From the NCBI GenBank assembly GCA_030704615.1, contig CM060731.1, positions 16,926,001 through 16,990,000 on the forward strand: a stretch of 64,000 nt of DNA, in the 5' to 3' direction. The DNA comes from Takakia lepidozioides. Taxonomy: Eukaryota; Plantae; Bryophyta. This document shows positions 11,586-26,500 of the stretch, one piece after another (the stretch's first letter is position 1; each line of letters begins with the position of its first letter). The translations under genes and the position numbers were made by a program. Under the pieces are notes generated by a model. It had not been told where the DNA came from and searched no databases. It worked only from the letters and a program-made list of their open reading frames with translations.

Positions 11586-14500
11586 ATGTTTGAGAGTGCT
11601 GCGTACCAGATTCTGGCAGGCTACTTGGGTCACTATGTCAAGGATATGCAGCGAGAGCAGTTCCGCATTGGGCTCTGGAGTGGTGAGTGATCAAAATTTC
11701 CCTCTCAATTATGTATAAGGGTCTGCAGTATTCTATAAAATTACCCACGAGCAAGTCTACGAAGGTAGCACTCATTAAGGTGGTTTGTCGTCGAAGAAGT
11801 TAATTTGGTGGAGGGAGCAGAATAGTACAGCCTCGAAAGGCTTGGCTTGATACCCAAAGCTCTTCGTAGCAATCTTGATACCTATAGCATTAATGTGCTG
11901 AGAGTACTCCCCGCAGAATTCAAAGCAGGGTCAGAAACGCTCTTTTTTGGTGTGTGAAAGAGGGCGAGAGAGAGAGAAATTTGTACTCTTTATGTGAACG
12001 AACAACTGATGTTGATCCGTCCGAATTAGACCTTACTTGGCGTAGCCTCGTGGCCATCGACCTGGCCGAGGCGTTGGTCGCAGCTTGTATATGAGCTTTT
12101 AATGAAGTCAGAGAAAATTGGCAGCTCAGAGAGAGAAAGTCATAGACTGACCAACGAAGGAGAAGGGGGACTTCAGAAGGGGGACTTCAGAAGTAGTAGG
12201 AGGGAGAAGGATGGAGAGAAGGGATACTTTAGGGTTAGGTTCTACAGAATTAGAGTGGCAGTGGAGTCATATGTTCCGGTTTCATCAAGCTTTCAGGGTG
12301 ATCATAACGAAAGCATTGCTACATCGCAAGACACATCTATCAAGGACGTTGCAGAGTGCATGCCAGTGTTCACGTATCTTGAGCTACTGGGCCACTTTTG
12401 TGGATGACATGTACTGCATGAACTGGAGTATGAAAAAGACAGGCAGTCAGCTCCATAATCTGGATTGAGACCTAACGCTGTCTGAGGATTTTGGGGCTCA
12501 GGAGAGGTTTTACTAGAGAATGTGGAACTGCGGCTGGAGGCATTTGACTACCTGCAGCTCCCTTTTACCATCAAGCAAGGCATGTGTGCACACTCAATTT
12601 TGGCAGATGTCCTCATCCTATTTGAAGGTTTTTCTTGGGATGAGAGGCTTGCAGTAAAACACCAATTCTGATTAGGTGTATCCTATTATTCACATAGGCT
12701 TATCTCTCAGATGAGGGATAGGTTTCATGTCTCCAACAGGTTATAACACAAGGGTGGCTTTTTAAATTTTAGACTCTGCTAATGCATCTGTTACCCAGTG
12801 ATGCCTTGGTTGACTACTGCCTCGAGTTTTGTTGCTCATTCCCTCAGGGTTGGGTGGTGTAGTTGCAATCTGTTATACTCCAGAGAGTGTGGAAAATCTT
12901 TTTTATGACATCAACTGAAATGAGTTTGGGACGTGAGGAGCAGGTTCAGTAGGGAAGCTGAGACTTCAAGTTCCCTGGAAGAAGCTGGGGTGGGAACCCA
13001 TTTTGGTGTCCCTTCAAGATGTTTTGATCTCTGCTGGCCCTCGGGAGGACGCAGAGGTTGTTTCCTGTGTACTCCTTGGCCTTCTCTTGTGCCTTAGGCC
13101 TGTTTTCATTGGGCTTTGGTTTTCCTGCTTTCTTGTTCAAACCATCTAGTGAAAAGGTCATGCGACCAAACCTGACACATTGAAGAAAGGGATATGGACT
13201 TTCATACACATCGCTGGATACAAGGACAAACTGGCCAACTGACAAATTTTGTAAAGGTGGTAAAATCCAACCTCTCGGTGTTAATCTGCTGAAGGGCTAC
13301 TGCTCCGGTTGTACTCTTATAAGTATGACATGGCAATCAGCTTGGAAAATTGCAAAACTGACATATTTTCGATGAATCTTAGCCTCAAGAGAAGAGAATA
13401 TACTCCCTTTTAAAAAAAAAAAAACTGTAGCCTTGTGGCCATAGACCCTGCGCCCAGTGGATGGAAGCAGAGGGAGTAGCCACTATCTTTGTGAGGGGCT
13501 CCCTCCAGGAGTGGGACTTATCTTGATAGAAACAATTAGTTCGGGCTTTCCAGACATCCTCTAGAAAGCCCTTCACAGAAGCATCAATCTGTTGTGGGTG
13601 AGCAGCCCAAAAGTTAGACCCCAATAGGGCCAGGGCTTTAGGCTCAGCCTCAAGCTTCAAGAGAAGACAACTTATGCTTTCATTGAGTGTGCTTCGAAGC
13701 CCCTAAGAGATTATTTAGGGTTATATACGATTATTCAGAGTTTCAAAGCATGTGGTGCATGTGGTGATGAGTCTCTATTTAGCAGGTAGTGGCAGTGCTT
13801 ACAAATTCTCGGCCTGGTTGCATGACAGTGGGATGCGGAGGCATTAGAAAGAAGAGAGTTGGCAGCCAAGAAAGCTGCTCTTGCATCAGCAGAAATTTCG
13901 AAGTTTTCTGTTCGTGTCTCTGGTAAAGTATAAACCATTGCTGTTGTTGATAGTGGTTTGAATTTTTTGGGGTGTGCAGCCACACACTGTATCTTTTAGG
14001 TTGATGGAAGAGAAGATAATGTCAATTAGACATGCCCACACGCTATGCACTCACATTAGATCTTTGGTTACCTCTCAAATAGTGAGTTCAAAGTGTACTA
14101 GGCCGTCATATAGATATAATGCTAGTGTTCAAGCTCGAATGTTGGAACACAACAAATTCACTATGTAGTAGACATCATGTGTGCCTCCTGTGTAGTTTAT
14201 GAAGTGGAGATATAGTTGGCAGACTAGCAAAGCAGTAGCCTGTCCTCTGTTACCTGCTCAAATATCTAATGTTTCATTTTCTGAAGCAGAAGATAAATCA
14301 GGGCAGTCCTTCCTATCAAACTTGTGTAGCAAGGTGAGTACAACTTCTCTTTGTGTAATCCTTTGCTCTTTTGCATAATCCGGTCTTCAAATTGTTTCCT
14401 CACCGACATTACATTCCTGTTGAGATTCTTTATTGGTTTGTGTGTTGTGTTTAGTTACGTACAATCTAATAACTTTTCAACTCATGTTTTGGTCACTCGT

Positions 14501-17500
14501 CTTCTCATATTGGCCTTATTGTCCTTGGGATAGCACTTACAAATACTTGTCTAATGGTAATGAGGAAACTGGAGAAAGAAAGTCAAGGTGTTTTTATTCA
14601 TCTAGATGAAGATACATGAGAGGTTTGCAAGAAAGGTGGTTGATGAAGCATTTTACTGCCAGGTTTGCTTTAAACGGCAGGCGAAGGAAGTTGAGATACA
14701 AAATTAGTTAGCTATTCTGGATAAGTATTTCAATTGTGTTCAATTACACCAGGGGTACTATGTCAGGGTTTCCAGGTATGCGCTTGGGGTTGAAGGGCAT
14801 TTATTGATGAACTATGAATCTCATCACATTGCTTACATTGAGGAGGAGGGGGGCTTATCTTTTTGGAAAACAACATTTTTGATGTTGTCTCACAGATTAT
14901 CGACAATGTACAAGTGACAGTCAACAACGTTCATGTTCGATACATGGATGAGAGAACGGATCCTGAGGTATGGCTTTGTGCAAGGTTCCTGCATCATCCT
15001 GCAATCTCTTGAGGGTGTTTGTCAAATATTGTTTGAGCCCACACTGTCCATGAGCACCGCACACGTTTGAGCAGTAGGCAAATCTGACACGTGCTTTACA
15101 TGGTACTCTTGCATGCAGGTTGTGTTTTTTATAGGCATCACCCTATCTGGGCTCACAGTCAGCACCAGTGATGCTACATTTGCTGGGTTTGTAACACTGT
15201 CTGCTCAGCTTTGGCAGTCAAAAAATCAACAATTGCTATGACTACTGCCTGTGATGAAAGCCTTTGCCACCCAAAATATTTCTGTATTTGTTATGACAGT
15301 TATTGCTCATGATGGATGCACATAACCAGCAGTGTCCATCTGATGTACAGTTTGGTCATGGACAAGCTTATTTGGTAATGTTGTCCTGGGATTATCAATA
15401 AGTCCGCTACTGATGGCTGTCCGCTACTGATGGCTGTGTCTTTTATTGTTGCCAGAGTTTCTGCAGCAGGGAAGCCGAGGGGTAGTCAGGAGCACAAAGT
15501 GGTGGAGATTCTGCAGCTTGCACTGTATTGGAATCCTTGTCGCCATCCCTTCGGTGCCTCCCTGGAGCCGCACAACAAAGAGAGCATTAGCATTCTCAGG
15601 AGGGGAGCTGGTGGTGCAAGTGACCAAGTTGTCTATATATTGCGCCCCACGAATGTTTCTCTGAAGCTCTGGGTAGCTTATGCTCCTCTTCTTCTTTTTG
15701 CCATTTATTCTGTTTCTCTTGCGAACATTGAACTCCACCAACTACTTTTGTGCCGAGACGTACCTTTACATGTTGTCTGCTCTTTCTGTGAGATACTCTT
15801 GCTTTCTTTTCCGACAAGAGAGGATAGTATTCCAGCTTAATGTTGGACTCCACATAGCACATTGATAGCCACTCACTAGTCTACTGTAGGGGTTGGTCAT
15901 ATGAATATAACCAGAGTTCTCCTGGTAAGGAGTGGTGGCAGGGTTCCTATGCATGACATGTGAAGAGTCAGTTGCCTAAAGAGGATACCTGTGTAGTGAG
16001 TCTCACTAGCATAACCCTGAACCTTAAACAAACAAATTATTTGAAGCCCCAGATTGCAGACACTCATATGTTTCTAGCACTGTTTAAAAATGCTGTGCAT
16101 ATTGTTTGTTTGAAGGTGAACAAAAACAAAATGTTTGTAGAAGGCGGCTCACAGTATGCCATTGCCGTCAACATTGATGATCTGGTAGATCCCCCTGCCC
16201 ACTCATTTGGTTGTTTCTCGATGTCTACGGTGTAATGTCTTGCACTTGTGTGATAGGTGAGTACAGTCCACAGTTGATTGTGAGTTTCTTCAAGTGTTTT
16301 ATTTGCAGAGACATGGAGTATTTGTGAGATTGGATGAATTTTTGCGAAGTAGTTGTGGACAAGGATTGGAGTGTATGGAAGGTGACAAAGAGACCACTGG
16401 CAAAGAGAGGTGCATGTTGGGATGTTGATAGAGAGACTGATGGTGCTTGCTTTGCACCTGCCTGCATGTGAGTGACAGTCACTAGCGTTGGAGGATCACC
16501 AGCTTTGTGAAATGCTTTTGCTCTTGGATGCCATCTCCATCTCACGTCTACGCGAAAAGTGACTTATCTCAACTCTTGTCAACATCTCTTAAGGCCAGGT
16601 CGTTACCCCAAGTCAAGTAGTAGCAGGCTACTGAAGTTCTCTTTCAAGTCAGTAGTTGTGCTTGTGATGTTTGCTTTCTACTAGAGCATCAGTGGTTACA
16701 GAGACTTCTTCATAAAGTATCTGCTGAAGAATGCCAAGTATGCTTCAACTTGGTTGTAAAGGTTACTGGTTTTCTCAGATCTTGTGGAACTCTGGGAAAC
16801 ACCTTGTTGAAAATTGGTGGTGAAGACATTGTATGCTTTGCGTCCCTGCTTCATGTGCTTTGGGAGGCACTTTTATGGTTTCTTGGTCATGGGCTTTTGT
16901 AGTTGTGGAGGACTTCTTACCTCTAAATATTTTCCGTTCGTAATTTTAGCACCAAAAGCCGTGTGCGCAGGTATGGCCGTTTTAGGCCTAAAGTGGGTGA
17001 GTTTAGAAAGGAAGCAGGGAGTGCGTGGCAAAAGCAGCTGTGGCAGTTTGCAATTGAGGCAGTCCTGTCTGATATCCGCAAGAGATTGCGGCGCCGCTCG
17101 TGGAGTTACCTGTCTTGGCGCACGTGAGCTTTCTAGCTTTCCTTATGGCTCCTTATGGTGACTTGTAACGAAATTCCCACGTTTTCCTTAGCAAGTTTGC
17201 TCTGACACTGTCATTTACCTTTCAGAATATCCTTGTACCCTTGGTTTTATTTATTTGTTGGTGTGTCTGGCTTAAAAGTGAAGATATGAGTTTATTCTGA
17301 CTAAAAATTAAAGATGCACCTAGCAGCTTCTCAAGGTGGAGACAGTCAGGTGACAGGGGGTTCTAAGAAGAATGGTCTGCAGGGAGTACCGGAAGCGGTA
17401 TGTGGCTCTTTACATAGACAAGTTGGAAAGTCTGCAGCAAGGGCTGGTACGTCGAGACGAATTGCAGCTCAAATAGATGAAATTTATCATGTCATGTTTT

Positions 17501-20500
17501 AGATATGGTTATTCCTCTTGGTGTAGTCACTATTTAAATTTGAAGATCTTGAAATGCTGAGTAAAGAGACGCGTTGTTAGCCTTAAAAAACCTCATGCAT
17601 CAGTTGCTTGACATGCAGCGCAACCAAATTTAGGGCTAATATTGCAACACAGAGGAGTTTGTTAAACCAATGCCTGGGTTTTGAAGCACACCAAACAGCA
17701 TGGTTGGTCCTGAGGTGTGCATGTACAGCTTCAATAGAACCAAATCATTAAATCTTATACCAACTGTTCTGGCCTGAGAAACACCTTCAAGTAGACGTGC
17801 TGATGAAGTGGCTATGCATGTTCGGATTAAGCCAACGGGAGATGAGGAGTCGGCAGCATTGGAAGAAATGGAGAAGCAGTTTGAAATGGACGAGATTCTT
17901 TACTTTAGATCACTTGCCGAGAACCAGATGTACCTTGAGGTGAGCATTTTCCACACTCTTGGGGATGCTATCTTTTTGAAACTTAAAACTATCTTTTGGC
18001 CATACATGAATTATGATAGAGTCCTGTTTGGGACATTTCACATTTTGAATGGCTTAATATCCACCATCCTAACAGCCATGAAGTCACCAGTAACTCTGAT
18101 GTGCTCCAAAGTCTCTTATCAACAGGAAATTGAAGAGCAACATAGTCATTGCTCTTCAATGCTCTTCAATGCTCTTCAATGCTGTTTACAGCTCAGACAG
18201 TTTGAATACGTGCTAGCACACAAGATTCAAGAAGATACTTAATGGTGATGTATGCTCATACCTTCGTTATAGGGCCTTTCATTATCTCAGAAATTTGGGC
18301 CCAGGATGTGTTTCGAAATGCAGCCAGGGAGAGTGCAAACCTTGATGACAATGGAGCCTTAAGTGAGGGGGATCCCCATTGCCAGGAACCGGTCCTTCAG
18401 CAGCGTGGTTGGCTCAACTGGCTTTCTCTTGGTATGCTGGGTGCTGCTGACACTACCAATTCAGGCCAGATTTTTCCCCAGGAGATAATCAAGGTGGACA
18501 CCCTTGGAAATGCTATTCTTACACTGCATTTGGAGATGGAGTTGAACAAGTTAATGTTTAGCAATGTAAATATTGTTGTTGCCTGCATTAACTTCCTCAT
18601 TTGTGTCTTGCTTTGCGTTGGTTTTCGTAGTATTCTAGGTTGGGGTTATTGCGAAGCTACTCGACTGGATGCGGACTTCAGAATCAAAGCCATGTTTGAC
18701 AATGTGGCAGGACTTATTTGAAGCGGCGATGCTTCATCCGATTCCAGTGATGGAAAGTGGCGAGTCATCAGAGGGATGCTGTCGTGTTGCTATCACCTTG
18801 CATGTTGGAGAGATTCTTGGAAGCCTGCACAGCTCGTAAGCCTGTATAACCTTAACGGATTTATTTATTTTCTGAGGTGTTGTTGTCAAGTTGCACAATG
18901 TGCCCATTTCTGCCTTCAATGTGGCCAGTTTCTAGTTGTTCCACGGATTAACTCCAATGAACAGCATACTCGATGGCAGAAGATGCTAGAGGGCAATGGT
19001 GACCAAGGAAAGTGGAGTTCAACGTCCTCTTTGTCAAGTTGTGCAGCTGTGCCCAGCTGTCTTCATTTTCTTGGCAGTTTTCATGTGTGTCTTAGATTGA
19101 CTACAATCATCAGCATACTTGATGGGCTTTCTATGGCAGACGATGCCAGATGGCAATGTGATTCCAAAGAAAGTGGAGATTCAACGTTCTAGGAGTCATG
19201 CTTGGTCGCGAATACTGTTGCTAGGGTTATGTGGGTGATGTGGGTTGCTTTGGGGGACTCTGCACAGACCTCTCTGAAAAAGTCTGGGCTTCCGGTGACT
19301 TATCTGTCATCTTTCATGTTGATTCACATGTTTTGTCCCCTATGTCAGGTAGTTTCTACAAGTTCAGCTCATTTGATAGTCCCTATCATCTGGGAACCTG
19401 GTCTGGCCCTTCCTTACGTTTCTGCGCCATATCAGTTCCAGTTCAGGTTGGCCTGTCAGACTTGGGGTTTTTTTAATCTTTGGTCGAAGATTCTTGTGAT
19501 TGAGAGTAATTTTGATTCTTAAACACTTAGGGTCCTTATTTCATGCAGATTGTGTGGCAAATAATATAATTCTGGTCAGTGATACCATATGGGTGCATCC
19601 TACTGGTTAGGACTGTTGACCACTGGCAGTGTTTGGTTGCTTGAGCTGCAAACACCCTCAGGCTCTATTTTGAGGACTCATGGGTTTGGATTATTAGATA
19701 AGATGACATATTCCACCTGGTGCACCAGGGACTTGGGGAGGGACATTCTAAACCTATCAGTGCAAGGCATTGGAGTGAGCGTCCAGATATGGGATGAGAA
19801 GACAGATGTTATTATCATGGTCCGCATGCTGGAGGCAGTGGACTTGTGCACCCCAGGCAGTCGCTTTCCACGCATTCTTGCACCTTGGGTGCTGTTCTTA
19901 CCCAGGAAAAATTTCGTCTTTAGAAAACTGTTTGCATGATAGGCAGCCAGCTCTATTTTGACGGAAGTGATAGTTATTTTTGGGCCACTTTAGGTCCTGT
20001 TTCATCTGCATTTGTTATTTAATCAGAATCCACCTCTGGCATCTGCTAGTGTATAAGTATAGTTGATGGGTGTTTCTTGGATGCAAAAGTTATGACCAGG
20101 TACTCAGTTCTATCCATGAGCAGTTTATAAAGATCTCCAGTAAAATGGTTGAGTAATTTAAGGTTTGGGAGCACATCATTCATACATTGCTGTATTGGGT
20201 CAATCTTCCCTTTTAAACATCCTCGTTACTAAACTTTCTACGGAAGTAGTTTCATTCCATGAACATTGTAGCCAAGATCCTAGGACACTGCTGCTTTGTG
20301 TGTCTTTATCCAAAGTTGAAGCCATTCTCACTTGTGTATGTAGTCAATCCAGCTGGTAACAAGATGAAAACACAGGATACATGTAACACCAGTTGAGTAG
20401 GCAATGGTGAGCAGATTCAGAGGGGGCTACGTAAGGTTGTTGAATATTTCAATAAAGTGAGGATCAGGGTGCAGGGGAAGTTCACATCACGCCCATCTCT

Positions 20501-23500
20501 AGGACGGTCTGGGCAAATAAAGAGAGGAGCTGGGGTTGGTGTGGAGTCCAGTATAAGTAAGGGCAGTTTCTCTGCAAGTGTGGCCCCTGAGCTAGAAGCT
20601 GGGCATGGAGAGCCAACTGAGCATTTGTTGCGGGTGCAATTTGAGCTTCAACGAGTCAGGAACGACTATGATATGGTGATGACTGTAAGTGTCTGCTTAC
20701 TTAGCTGCTAATTTGAAATTTTGAGTGTTCACGTTGAAGTGGGGCTATTTGGAGTCTGTGACAAAACTATGAATTTGGGTAGCTCTTCCCCTGGACATAT
20801 TCTGTTTGTTTCTTTCAGCTTTGGGGATCAGCTTGAGGCATTTGTCTTTTGGGCGACACTCTAAAGTAGTCCTTGGTTTCTCCTATCTTGTCCAATGGGT
20901 CCTTGTGGCCGCTTGTGGTTGGTATAAAGTTTCTAGTCATAAAGTGTCATTCTCTCTTTCTTTCTGTATCCACCGATTGGGTATACATTTTCAGATCAGA
21001 TTTGAGACCTTATGCTCAGCTTCTGATTCTTTTTGTTAGAGTACTTTGAGAACCCTGCAAATGAAGATCATAGTATTGGGTCTGAGTGCAGCCGGATTGT
21101 TTCCAGTTTGCTCATTGTCAGGGGCACCCTTGCTGCTGTCGTTCATGTCTGGCATGGGAATGGTGCCCCAAGACACACAGCCAGCTGGCCTACATGAACC
21201 CAAGTGAGAAGGCGACCTGGTTCTTCCTGGAATGCATTTCCTTCTTAGGTTGTTTACTTTGTCATGGAATCATGGCCTTCATTTACTTTGTCCATTGTTT
21301 CCTCACTGCTTACTTGTTCGCAAGGGGCACAGATTGTCAGTGCAACCACATGGTCTGTTTGAAAAGATCTGATCTCTCCAGTACTGAAGCTGCCTATATG
21401 GGAGCAAAGAGTCAGGGGCCTAAATATAGCTGCCATTTTAGTCTGTTTCTCAGTCTCCTCAGATTTCTCTAGTACTGTATACTCATCAGCGCTGTGGTGC
21501 AGGTCATGCTACAACCTGTGGAGTTTGTGTACAGTGCAGCCTTCTTTGAGCATGCATCTTCCTTTTTCTGCTACCCAGCTTCTCATCAGGCACTCAATGG
21601 CCGGGTATTATTGGAATGAAAATTAATCAGTTGTTTGGGTTGCTTTCTTGGGTCATGACTGGGCTTTAGGGAAACTCTGGTTTTTTTGCTTCTGTGCATT
21701 CATATGTTAGTGCAATAACAGTAGAAATGTTCAAAAAGGTTTTCATGCATTCCGTGAATGGCTTTCACTGGTTTCGGAGATGCCATTTGATAACTTTAGA
21801 CTGGGTAACCTGTGTTGATGCCTGAACTTGGCTGTTCATCAGGATGCTTTGGAAGCCGGTTTTAAGCTTAGCCTTGCATGTGGCCAGTGTTGTATATAGT
21901 TATTTAGGTCTACAGTTCTCTAGAGTTTATTCGGCCTAAGGACCAATTTCAAGGTAATTTATGATGTGCATTTATGGATTTTTGTGTTCTTTTTATTCGG
22001 ACTTGTAGATGTGCCTTACTCGCTGAGGTTACTTGTAGAGCATGAAACACCACTAAAGACGTGTGCATAAACATGTGCAGAGCAGGTGCAAGGCGCTTGT
22101 TGTGGACAATACATGCTCTGTTAATGAGATGGATTTACTCTGTATTTTGAAGGATCCGTCTTTCTAGAGCCCAACAACCAAAACCAAAATTAAAGCAAAC
22201 CCTATGGCCTCTCATTTGCTATTCGCAAGTGCTTTTTGGATTGGATTTTGCTGACAAGACAGCAGCTTGCTCAGATGTCTAACTTCGTGTACAGCTATTT
22301 TAACAGGTGAATCTAGCTTCGGACGATGGTGCTCTTTCTAAGTCCAAGTAATTTCTGAGCCTCTCTCTTTAGATTGTTTGCAGAACTGACTGGTCCAAAC
22401 CTGTTGGAACACTGACAGTAACTTTCTAGACAAGCAACCTTCCTTTGTTGATACTGGCGATGGTGTAGAAATGATGTTTATTTTAGGATGGAAAATGTAT
22501 ACAGGATTTCTAAACCTGTGCTTGACTGGGACCGTTGGAGAAGAAATTTTGGCAAGGAATCATTCAGGATCGTGTCTATCTTTGTATGTGAGATATTTGA
22601 GCCTGTAGGCACAGTGACTCCTGATTTGTGAAACTGGTGGAGGGGCACGCAGCCAAATGAAATCAATTGTGGAGTGTCATCCCAGTACTGCTATGAGGCA
22701 CCCTTAATCTGCCTGATTCATCCTTTATTGGCCGCTTATATATAAATGTTAAAAACTAAAATGCTAGTGTGATCTACAGCCCATGCAACTCACACATGTT
22801 CTACTGCTCTTACAGAGGTAAGGTGGGAAGCAAGAAGCGACTGGGCCTGCGAATTGACATCAGAAAACCCAACTTCCTATTTCCCGAAAGCATTATAGAA
22901 TCCAACAGTGGTGTTATGGTAACCTTTGTTTTCAATCATACCCGACTTCTGGCCATTGACCTTCTGAGTTGTTGAAGTACTTATTGGAATGCTGCGGTGT
23001 CCTTTAAGGGGTTCCCTTCTTATAATACGGTGTTGTGGAACCATGGCTGTTTGTATCCAACGTCAATGTATAGTCATGTGCTGAAGCCTGTGAGTGATGT
23101 TATTATTCCTCCTGAGCTGCTTGGGAAGTGCTTCACCTTGACTGTGGTGGGTGATGCGGACTGTAGATTCTCGCCTTGGACTTGATCCAGTTTACCTCAC
23201 CCGGTCTGTTTAGAGTTTCGGAAGATGCATCTGCAAAGGGTCCATTCGGGAACTCCAATGTTCAAAGCCACATGGAAGAGAGTCATTGCAGTCTATTACA
23301 CAATCAGGTAAGACTGCTGCCATTTGAGACGAGCTACTATATGACTGGTTCAATCTTAACCCATCTAATATAGGTATATGTAAGCTGTGATATTTACTGT
23401 GAGCTGTGGTCTGGTTGAGTCTAGTTGTGGCTGTGGGTCTGGGCATGTGCATTGTTTGCTTTCCAGTTTGATTGATAGGCAATGTTGGTGGTGCTGTTGA

Positions 23501-26500
23501 TAGGACAGTCACATGTCTCTCAACACTAAGAAGGGGTTTGTGTAGGTGACGTTGATCCAACAGAAAGATTGATTTCTTTTGTCACCAGATTTTTTTTTGC
23601 CAGTCTAGGGTCTACATATCTCTAGTCAGAACTGAGTGGACCAGCTTCATCCATTTCTGCAGCTGTCTAATAATGCAGCTATTTCTTCTTTTGGACTGTT
23701 TGTGACCTATCTTCATAATGATGGCTCACATGCTCAGAATAGTTGTTGTCAGGATATGGGTGACCAGCCACCTGGCAAGAGCACACAGTATGACCGGTTT
23801 GAGCTTCGGCTGACTGGTGCTCAGGTGATCTATCTGCTATCGTGGTATCCAGTTTCTTGTTTTGCAATGTGCCATGTTGATGGTAAACTTTTTCACGGAA
23901 AAGCTTTGATTCTTTCATTTCATTTCCTTTGGATGCAGGTTCTCATCACTGGACAACCGGCTGATTGGCATGAAAGCTTGAACAGCCAGGAAGCCGATCT
24001 GGAGTTCCACCTTGTGAAAAGATTTAATATGCAGATGGCTATTGATGTCTGTGTGAAAGATGACCCCACCTTGACTCGACTAAAGGTGACCGATAGCTCA
24101 CCTGTGGGATGTTGCAAAATTTACTGTAGTGCACACATTTGGAAGGGTCTTTTCGCCTAAATGTGTCTATCTCAAGTGGGGGAGATTGATATTGCAGGAA
24201 CCTTATCTACGTGGGTTGGAACTGTGTTGGCTACTTAGTCAATGCAGAAGCACCATAATTAAGGAAATGGGGCAGAACATGTCACTCTGATTGTGGCATA
24301 ATTGCCTATATGAGCAAACAATGCATGCCCGAGTTGGTTATTTTATTTGGAAGAATACTGCCATCTGCACTTTCAAGTCAGTCAATCATGTGGTGGGAGT
24401 CCCTATAAGCAAAGCTTCTTGTTCTCAGGGTGGGCATGTGGAGTACTTGCTGGATGGTTTTAGCTCTTCATGTTGATGGTTTGGGCTAACTGTCTCAACT
24501 GAGGAGCTGGACTTCTCATCTCTTTTTAATTTATATGTTACAACAGGTATATGGAAGCGTGCCAACCTTTCGACTTCACCTTTCATCTGCTAAATGCAGA
24601 GCTGTCAGAGAGCTGTTTTGGAAGCTTAGTTTGAGACAGGAAGGGAGAGATGACAAAGGCAAGGGTGCCCCTGGAAATCTTGCAGATATTAGCTCCTCTT
24701 TCTCCCACGGAGGGATGCCAAATTTATCCGATGCAGAAGGTTCTACAGTTTGCAAAAGCAGGTTGGGTCGCCTTAAAGCAGATGAGCCACATACTCCTAC
24801 GGTCTCAGATGCAGCAAATGTGGCAGCCTTGGAGTTAAACTTTAGTCTGAAGATTGTGACAGTTGAATTGTTCCTTGATGGTGGGGATGGTGTCAGTACC
24901 TCTGAACTTCAGAAGAAGACTCTGGTCACTCACATTCAGGACAGCAGCTTCAAGTGAGTTATCGTGTTCGCTGTTTCATTTAGTTGGGCACATGTACATT
25001 TGGGAACTCTTGTCACTGACCTGTTACAGTTGACCCACTCCACGCGCATAAATTGTACCTATTGTTGCTTCATTCTCTGTTCCTAACCATTATGTCAGTC
25101 TCAGACGTTTCTTCCTGTACGGAACTTGAGCACGGTACTGCATGTGAAGGTGGTTGTTGTTAGTCTTAAGTGGTGTCTCTGTGGGAGCACCAACAGTAAC
25201 CTGAGCATTCCTTTTAAGTTGTCGGTGAAAGTGATTTGAACTCTCATAGTGATTTCTCCGCCGCCTCTGGCTTTGGTACTCATCTCCACCGGCATCATAG
25301 ATTTTCTCAGGTACATCAAGAGAGGTTACAATCTAACAGTATGGCAGGTACATGAAGCAAGCTCTAAAGGAGGAGTTACAGGGTTTGATAAAGAATATTC
25401 ACATTGAAGATGTGGCAGAGCACACAAACAGCCCTTTGCGGTACTTGTTATTTTCCTCAGGGAGTCACACGAGCTTCTTGAATCAACCCAAAACTCCTTC
25501 TCCCTGTGATGCAATTTATTTTGAGGCATCTAGCAACAAGTTGCTAATGGCCTTGCGGGGATTAGAATTTCATTGTTTACCAAAAGTCGTCAGAGAATTG
25601 TATGGATTTGTTCTTGTGTCGCTGGGCAACTCTGCTGCTTCGGTCTCCAGCAAGAAGACAGTGGTGTGCAGTTCGCAATCAGTGGGTTCTATTCCAAATC
25701 CTCAAATTGATACTGCAGCTGGCAAACTATCTACCTCTGGAAGCCACCATGATTTACATATTTCAAAGGGTGTGGAGGATGGACCACGCTCAATCTATTC
25801 CGGAGTTCCCACCAGCTCTGCTATGCAAAAGTTGAAGACCTGGTCCTTCTACAATTGTACCCAACCAAGAACTTCCCAAGAGCAAGAAAGACCATGCCAT
25901 TCAGGCTCAGCTTCAACCTCCTATGCATGGAATTTACAAAATTCTCATATCTCAAGCAGAGTAACTGGCTTTGGAAACCTGCCAAGCAAGCTTCTGGAAC
26001 GACTGCCAACCAAGTTTGGAAGCCAGCTGGCAAGTGAAGATTCCCTGACCATGGATGTGCAGCTAGAGGGAGTTGTTATCCACTTTCTTGACGCAGGAGG
26101 TGATGTTGCTGTTGTGGCGCTTCCTGAAGGGACTGTTTCCATTTCATTTCCTGCGTCAGGTGGGGAGGCTTGGGAGGTAGTTGTGACTGCCAGTGATCTT
26201 CAATTAAAGGGTACTGGTTGGGCCTCGGGTAACATTCAGAAAAATCCAATTGGAAGCTTAGTTGAAGGACCATCAGCAACTTGGAATGTCAAGGTGAAGA
26301 ACACTATTGACCAGACATTGGATGAGGCATGCAGTGTTATGCAAGTTCTTGTGCAGGTGAGGCATGCACAGGTTGTACTAGTGAGTGACTATTTGGCTGG
26401 TCTCATTGGATACTTCAGTAGCTCGAACTGGATGCCTTATGTCAAGCCAGGAAAGCATAATAAAGTTCTGGCAGATGGTTCTGGAAGTTTGTCACCTACA

